This document shows positions 61,287-64,000 of a DNA stretch of 64,000 nucleotides, piece by piece. Under the pieces are notes generated by a model. It saw only the letters and a program-made list of their open reading frames with translations, was not told the origin of the DNA and did no database searches. The stretch is from Actinomycetota bacterium. GTDB lineage: Bacteria > Actinomycetota > Geothermincolia > Geothermincolales > RBG-13-55-18. The position numbers were made by a program, and so were the translations under genes. Location of the stretch: contig JABLXL010000002.1 of the NCBI GenBank assembly GCA_013178005.1, forward strand, positions 15,220 through 79,219. Direction: 5' to 3'. The first letter of the stretch is position 1. Each line of letters begins with the position of its first letter.

Positions 61287-62192
61287 ATGGACGTGAAGGA
61301 AGCCAACCTGGTCTTTCACGACGAGACCAGCCGCGAGTACGACAAGAAGTGGGCCATCCGCTTCGACGACGACATGGCCGACTTCGTGCTCTCCAAGTTC
61401 GAGCTGGGCCTGGGCGGCCCCTTTCCGCGCGGCGTGCGCGTGCTTGAGATCGGCTGCGGCACCGGGTACGCCATGCTTAACCTGGGCCTGGCAGGGGTGC
61501 TGGACGAGGCCTGGGGGTGCGACATCTCCCAGGGGATGCTCGATGTCTGCCGCGACAACGCGGAGAGCCTCGGCATACGGGTGCATCTGCAACAGGCGGA
61601 CGCGGAAAGCCTTCCCTACGAGGATGAGTCCTTCGACCTGGTCATAGGCCATGCCGTGCTGCACCACCTCCCGGACCTGGACGCCTCGCTGCGCGAGATA
61701 CGGCGCGTGCTGCGCCCGGGAGGGAAGTGCGTGGTGGCCGGGGAGCCCTCTGTGAAGGGGCACCAGCTGGCGAGGGTGGCCAAGGCCATGGCCTCCGCGG
61801 GGATCAAGGCCTACGCCGGCCTGGGGGGCAGGCTGGGGAAGCGCAGGATAAGCCTGCGCCGCTACGACGCCTCCGGCAACCCCCAGGACCACGAGCTCCA
61901 GGAGCTCGAGTTCATGGTGGACATCCACAATTTCCGCCCCCGCGAGCTTTGCGAGATGGCGCGCAAGGCGGGGTTCTCCACGGCGCGTTGCGAGTCCGAG
62001 GAACTGTTTTCCAGCTTCATCGGCTGGATGATCCGCACCGTGGAGGGGAGCGTGAGCGAGGAGAACATCAGCGACCGATGGCGTTGGGGAGCCTATAACA
62101 CCTACAAGAGGGCCCGCGCCCTCGACCAGATGCTATACCGCTGGTTGCCCAAGGACTGGTTCTACAACCTCATCCTTTACCTGGAAAAATAA
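61287..62192 (+). CDS. Class I SAM-dependent methyltransferase
   Basis: VLEIGCGTG, DIS.GML, DAESLPY...FDLV, HAVLHH and RVLRPGG motifs. Confidence 0.9.
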   Translation: MDVKEANLVFHDETSREYDKKWAIRFDDDMADFVLSKFELGLGGPFPRGVRVLEIGCGTGYAMLNLGLAGVLDEAWGCDISQGMLDVCRDNAESLGIRVHLQQADAESLPYEDESFDLVIGHAVLHHLPDLDASLREIRRVLRPGGKCVVAGEPSVKGHQLARVAKAMASAGIKAYAGLGGRLGKRRISLRRYDASGNPQDHELQELEFMVDIHNFRPRELCEMARKAGFSTARCESEELFSSFIGWMIRTVEGSVSEENISDRWRWGAYNTYKRARALDQMLYRWLPKDWFYNLILYLEK

Positions 62193-62195
62193 TCC

Positions 62196-62957
62196 ATGAT
62201 GGACAACATGGTCGAAGCCCTGAGGGAAGTCGGCAAGGGATCCGGGTTCCCCGAAAAGCTGGAAGGGAGGCCGCGGGGCTGGAGGTGGCTGGTGCGCACC
62301 TTGCGCTTCATCCGCGAGAAGCGCATGTACGGCCCCCGTTACTGGCGCTTCCTCTACCGTTTCCTGCGCTTCAAGCTCCTGCACCCGCGGGTGAAGACGG
62401 AGGGGTTCATCTTCCTGCCCCGCCGCTACCAGGTGGTGGTGAAGAAGGGCGCCAGCATGCGCATCGGCCGCTGGGTATGGATCGGCACCAACAACGCCCT
62501 GCGCTGCCACGAGGGGGAGCTATACATCGGTGACAACACCATCTTCGGCACCGACAACACCGTGAACTGTTACGCGGGCGTGTACATAGGCCCCGAGTGC
62601 CTCTTCGCCGACTCCGTTTATATCGTGGATTTCGACCACAACTACTGGGATCCCGTCATTTCCATCCGCTCCCAGGGCATCACCAAGCGCCCCATACGCC
62701 TCGAGGGCGATATCTGGGTGGGGGAGAAGGTGTCCATACTGCGCGGGGTCACCGTCGGCCGCGGATCGGTGATCGGGGCCATGAGCCTGGTCAACCGAGA
62801 CGTCCCTCCCTACGCGGTGGTGGGAGGGGTGCCCGCGCGGGTTTTAGGATGGCGCCCCCGTCCAGTGCCTTCGGAGATCGACGAGGGCGGCGTAAAAGGT
62901 GAAACGGACGATGCCTCCGGCGCCCGGCGGGACCCCGGGGGCTGCATGCGCGCCTGA
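62196..62957 (+). CDS. Hexapeptide-repeat (left-handed beta-helix) acyltransferase
   Basis: IG-rich hexapeptide repeats, DFDH, IWVGEK and VGGVPAR. Confidence 0.85.
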   Translation: MMDNMVEALREVGKGSGFPEKLEGRPRGWRWLVRTLRFIREKRMYGPRYWRFLYRFLRFKLLHPRVKTEGFIFLPRRYQVVVKKGASMRIGRWVWIGTNNALRCHEGELYIGDNTIFGTDNTVNCYAGVYIGPECLFADSVYIVDFDHNYWDPVISIRSQGITKRPIRLEGDIWVGEKVSILRGVTVGRGSVIGAMSLVNRDVPPYAVVGGVPARVLGWRPRPVPSEIDEGGVKGETDDASGARRDPGGCMRA

Positions 62958-63251
62958 CGGCGTAATCGCGATGGTGCGCTTGTTCGTCGGCGGTTTGAGC
63001 AAGGGCGTCTATAGGCTGGCATGCATCAGGTCGGCAACGCGGAGAGCAGGGGTTATGAGCGCGCGGAGGCGCTTGGTGCGGGGCGGGCCGGCGGGAAACC
63101 GTGCGGAGCGCATGCGTCTAGTTATTTATGCGCACCGGATGCGATGGTCGTTGTGAGGCGCTGAAGCTACATGAACGGGGCTTGTCGCATGGTTTTATTG
63201 TTTTATAGCCGATCGTTGCGGCCATCCACGGCACGAAGCGGGTGAATCGTT

Positions 63252-64000
63252 ATGGCCGAAGATGGGGAGAGAAAGGAAGGCTTTTCCGCACCCGAGATCA
63301 GGCGAGACCCCCTGAGCGGCGCCTGGTCCATACTGGCGACGGGACGCTCGCGGCGCCCCGGGGCGGTTCCGGGCGCTTCCCGGGAACCCGCCTGCCCGTT
63401 CTGTCCCGGCAACGAATCCATGACCCCTCCCGAGGTTTGGTCCGCGGGCAGGAAGGGGAGCGCGCCCGACACGCCGGGCTGGGAGATCAGGGTGGTCCCC
63501 AACCTCTATCCCGCCCTGGTACCCGAGGCCGGGGAGAGGGGGTGGAGAAAAAGCTCAAGAGTGGGGATACCGGCCCAGGGAGATCACGAGGTCATCGTCC
63601 ATTCTCCGGAGCACGGGCTCTCCCTGGGAGCCATGGACGCGCGGAGGGCGGCGGGGCTCCTGGGGGCCTGGCAGGCGCGCTACCGACACTTCGCCGCCAT
63701 GGCCCGCGTCCGCTATGTCCAGGTGATCGTCAACCACAAGCGGGAGGCCGGGGCGTCCCTGGAACACCCCCATGCCCAGGTCTTCGCCCTGCCCGTGGTG
63801 CCGCGCGCAGTCCTCGACGAGCTGCGCGAGTCCCGGCGCAGGGCGGGCAACTGTCCCCTATGCGCCGAGGCGGAGGAGGCGCGCGAGGACGACAGGGTGG
63901 TGGCGGAAAACCGGGCATGGAGGGCCTTCGTCCCCTACGCGGCGCGCGCGCCCTTCGAGCTGCGTTTCGCCCCCCTCCGGCATGCCGGCGATTTCGCGGC
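63252..64000 (+). CDS. galT: Galactose-1-phosphate uridylyltransferase, truncated by the right edge of the window
   Basis: EIRRDPL, CPFCPGNE, RVVPNLYPAL, HEV and GASLEHPHAQ motifs. Confidence 0.88.
   Translation, partial: MAEDGERKEGFSAPEIRRDPLSGAWSILATGRSRRPGAVPGASREPACPFCPGNESMTPPEVWSAGRKGSAPDTPGWEIRVVPNLYPALVPEAGERGWRKSSRVGIPAQGDHEVIVHSPEHGLSLGAMDARRAAGLLGAWQARYRHFAAMARVRYVQVIVNHKREAGASLEHPHAQVFALPVVPRAVLDELRESRRRAGNCPLCAEAEEAREDDRVVAENRAWRAFVPYAARAPFELRFAPLRHAGDFA

Overview
GC-rich chromosomal window from an anaerobic bacterium. The WYFAEG (DUF5719-type) surface repeats, a DUF3068/PorA-like protein and an L,D-transpeptidase suggest a deep-branching Actinomycetota lineage such as Ca. Geothermincolia (inference). 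From left to right it holds: a corrinoid/UroD-type methyltransferase operon with a GntR regulator; copA-YHS-rseC; cell-envelope genes; an MMPL transporter; adenine deaminase; a ~16 kb acyl-CoA/radical-chemistry cluster (hbd, two crotonases, three acyl-CoA dehydrogenases, MoaD, a CrtI-like oxidoreductase, a B12 radical SAM enzyme, and an unassigned glycyl-radical enzyme with its activase and a tandem split-barrel flavoprotein); a complete rnfCDGEAB operon with a divergent rseC; a pilin with a degenerate GGDEF protein; a NusG-II/Gx/ECF transporter operon; and the start of galT. I saw no rRNA, tRNA, CRISPR array, transposase or integrase. The most notable signals are (1) the uncharacterised glycyl-radical enzyme module, (2) repeated duplication of gene 3' ends just downstream of four genes, (3) a REP/REPIN-like inverted-repeat family at two loci 41 kb apart, and (4) several apparent pseudo-enzymes. 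All calls come from reading motifs by eye; no database searches were run, and several start codons are estimates.
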